Source: an uncultured candidate division Zixibacteria bacterium (lineage in GTDB: Bacteria; Zixibacteria; MSB-5A5; GN15; FEB-12). From it: a stretch of DNA of 64,000 nt. Under the pieces are notes generated by a model. It had not been told where the DNA came from. It did no database searches and was given only the letters and a program-made list of their open reading frames with translations. A program made the translations under genes and the position numbers. Shown in pieces: positions 63,999 to 64,000 of this stretch (position 1 is its first letter; the number at the start of each line of letters is the position of its first letter). The stretch spans positions 224,001 through 288,000 of the forward strand of contig CAWDXE010000001.1 in NCBI GenBank assembly GCA_963806185.1, read 5' to 3'.

Positions 63999-64000
63999 TG

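Overview
Bacterial genomic window, GC-rich and densely coding. It most likely comes from a diderm of the FCB/Zixibacteria type; this is inferred from Cys-Cys-initiated dockerin-like C-termini and NYPNPFN-type C-terminal tails, not from a marker gene. In order, it contains: the end of a hybrid histidine kinase, a secreted M16 metallopeptidase, a pirin, and two tandem ~1150-aa secreted proteins that are nearly identical except for a divergent central patch. Next come an SPFH/zinc-ribbon pair, a folE + triple-domain PTPS + SDR operon (probable tetrahydrobiopterin pathway), a liv-type ABC importer, and a TetR-TolC-HlyD-ABC efflux operon. These are followed by a serine palmitoyltransferase + GNAT pair (probable ceramide synthesis), CaCA exchanger/EIIA-CBS/DUF502 genes, and an 11-subunit complex I operon (nuoABCDHIJKLMN, no nuoEFG) with a Rex-like operator and many apparent sequencing frameshifts. 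The window ends with acyl-CoA dehydrogenase/hbd/crt genes, a REP-like cluster, a sigma-54-type PEP-CTERM gene, a DAACS symporter, a C25 gingipain-like protease, an AsnB-like protein and an archaeal-type gatD. No rRNA, tRNA, CRISPR array or transposase was recognised. All calls come from reading motifs by eye; no database search was run.
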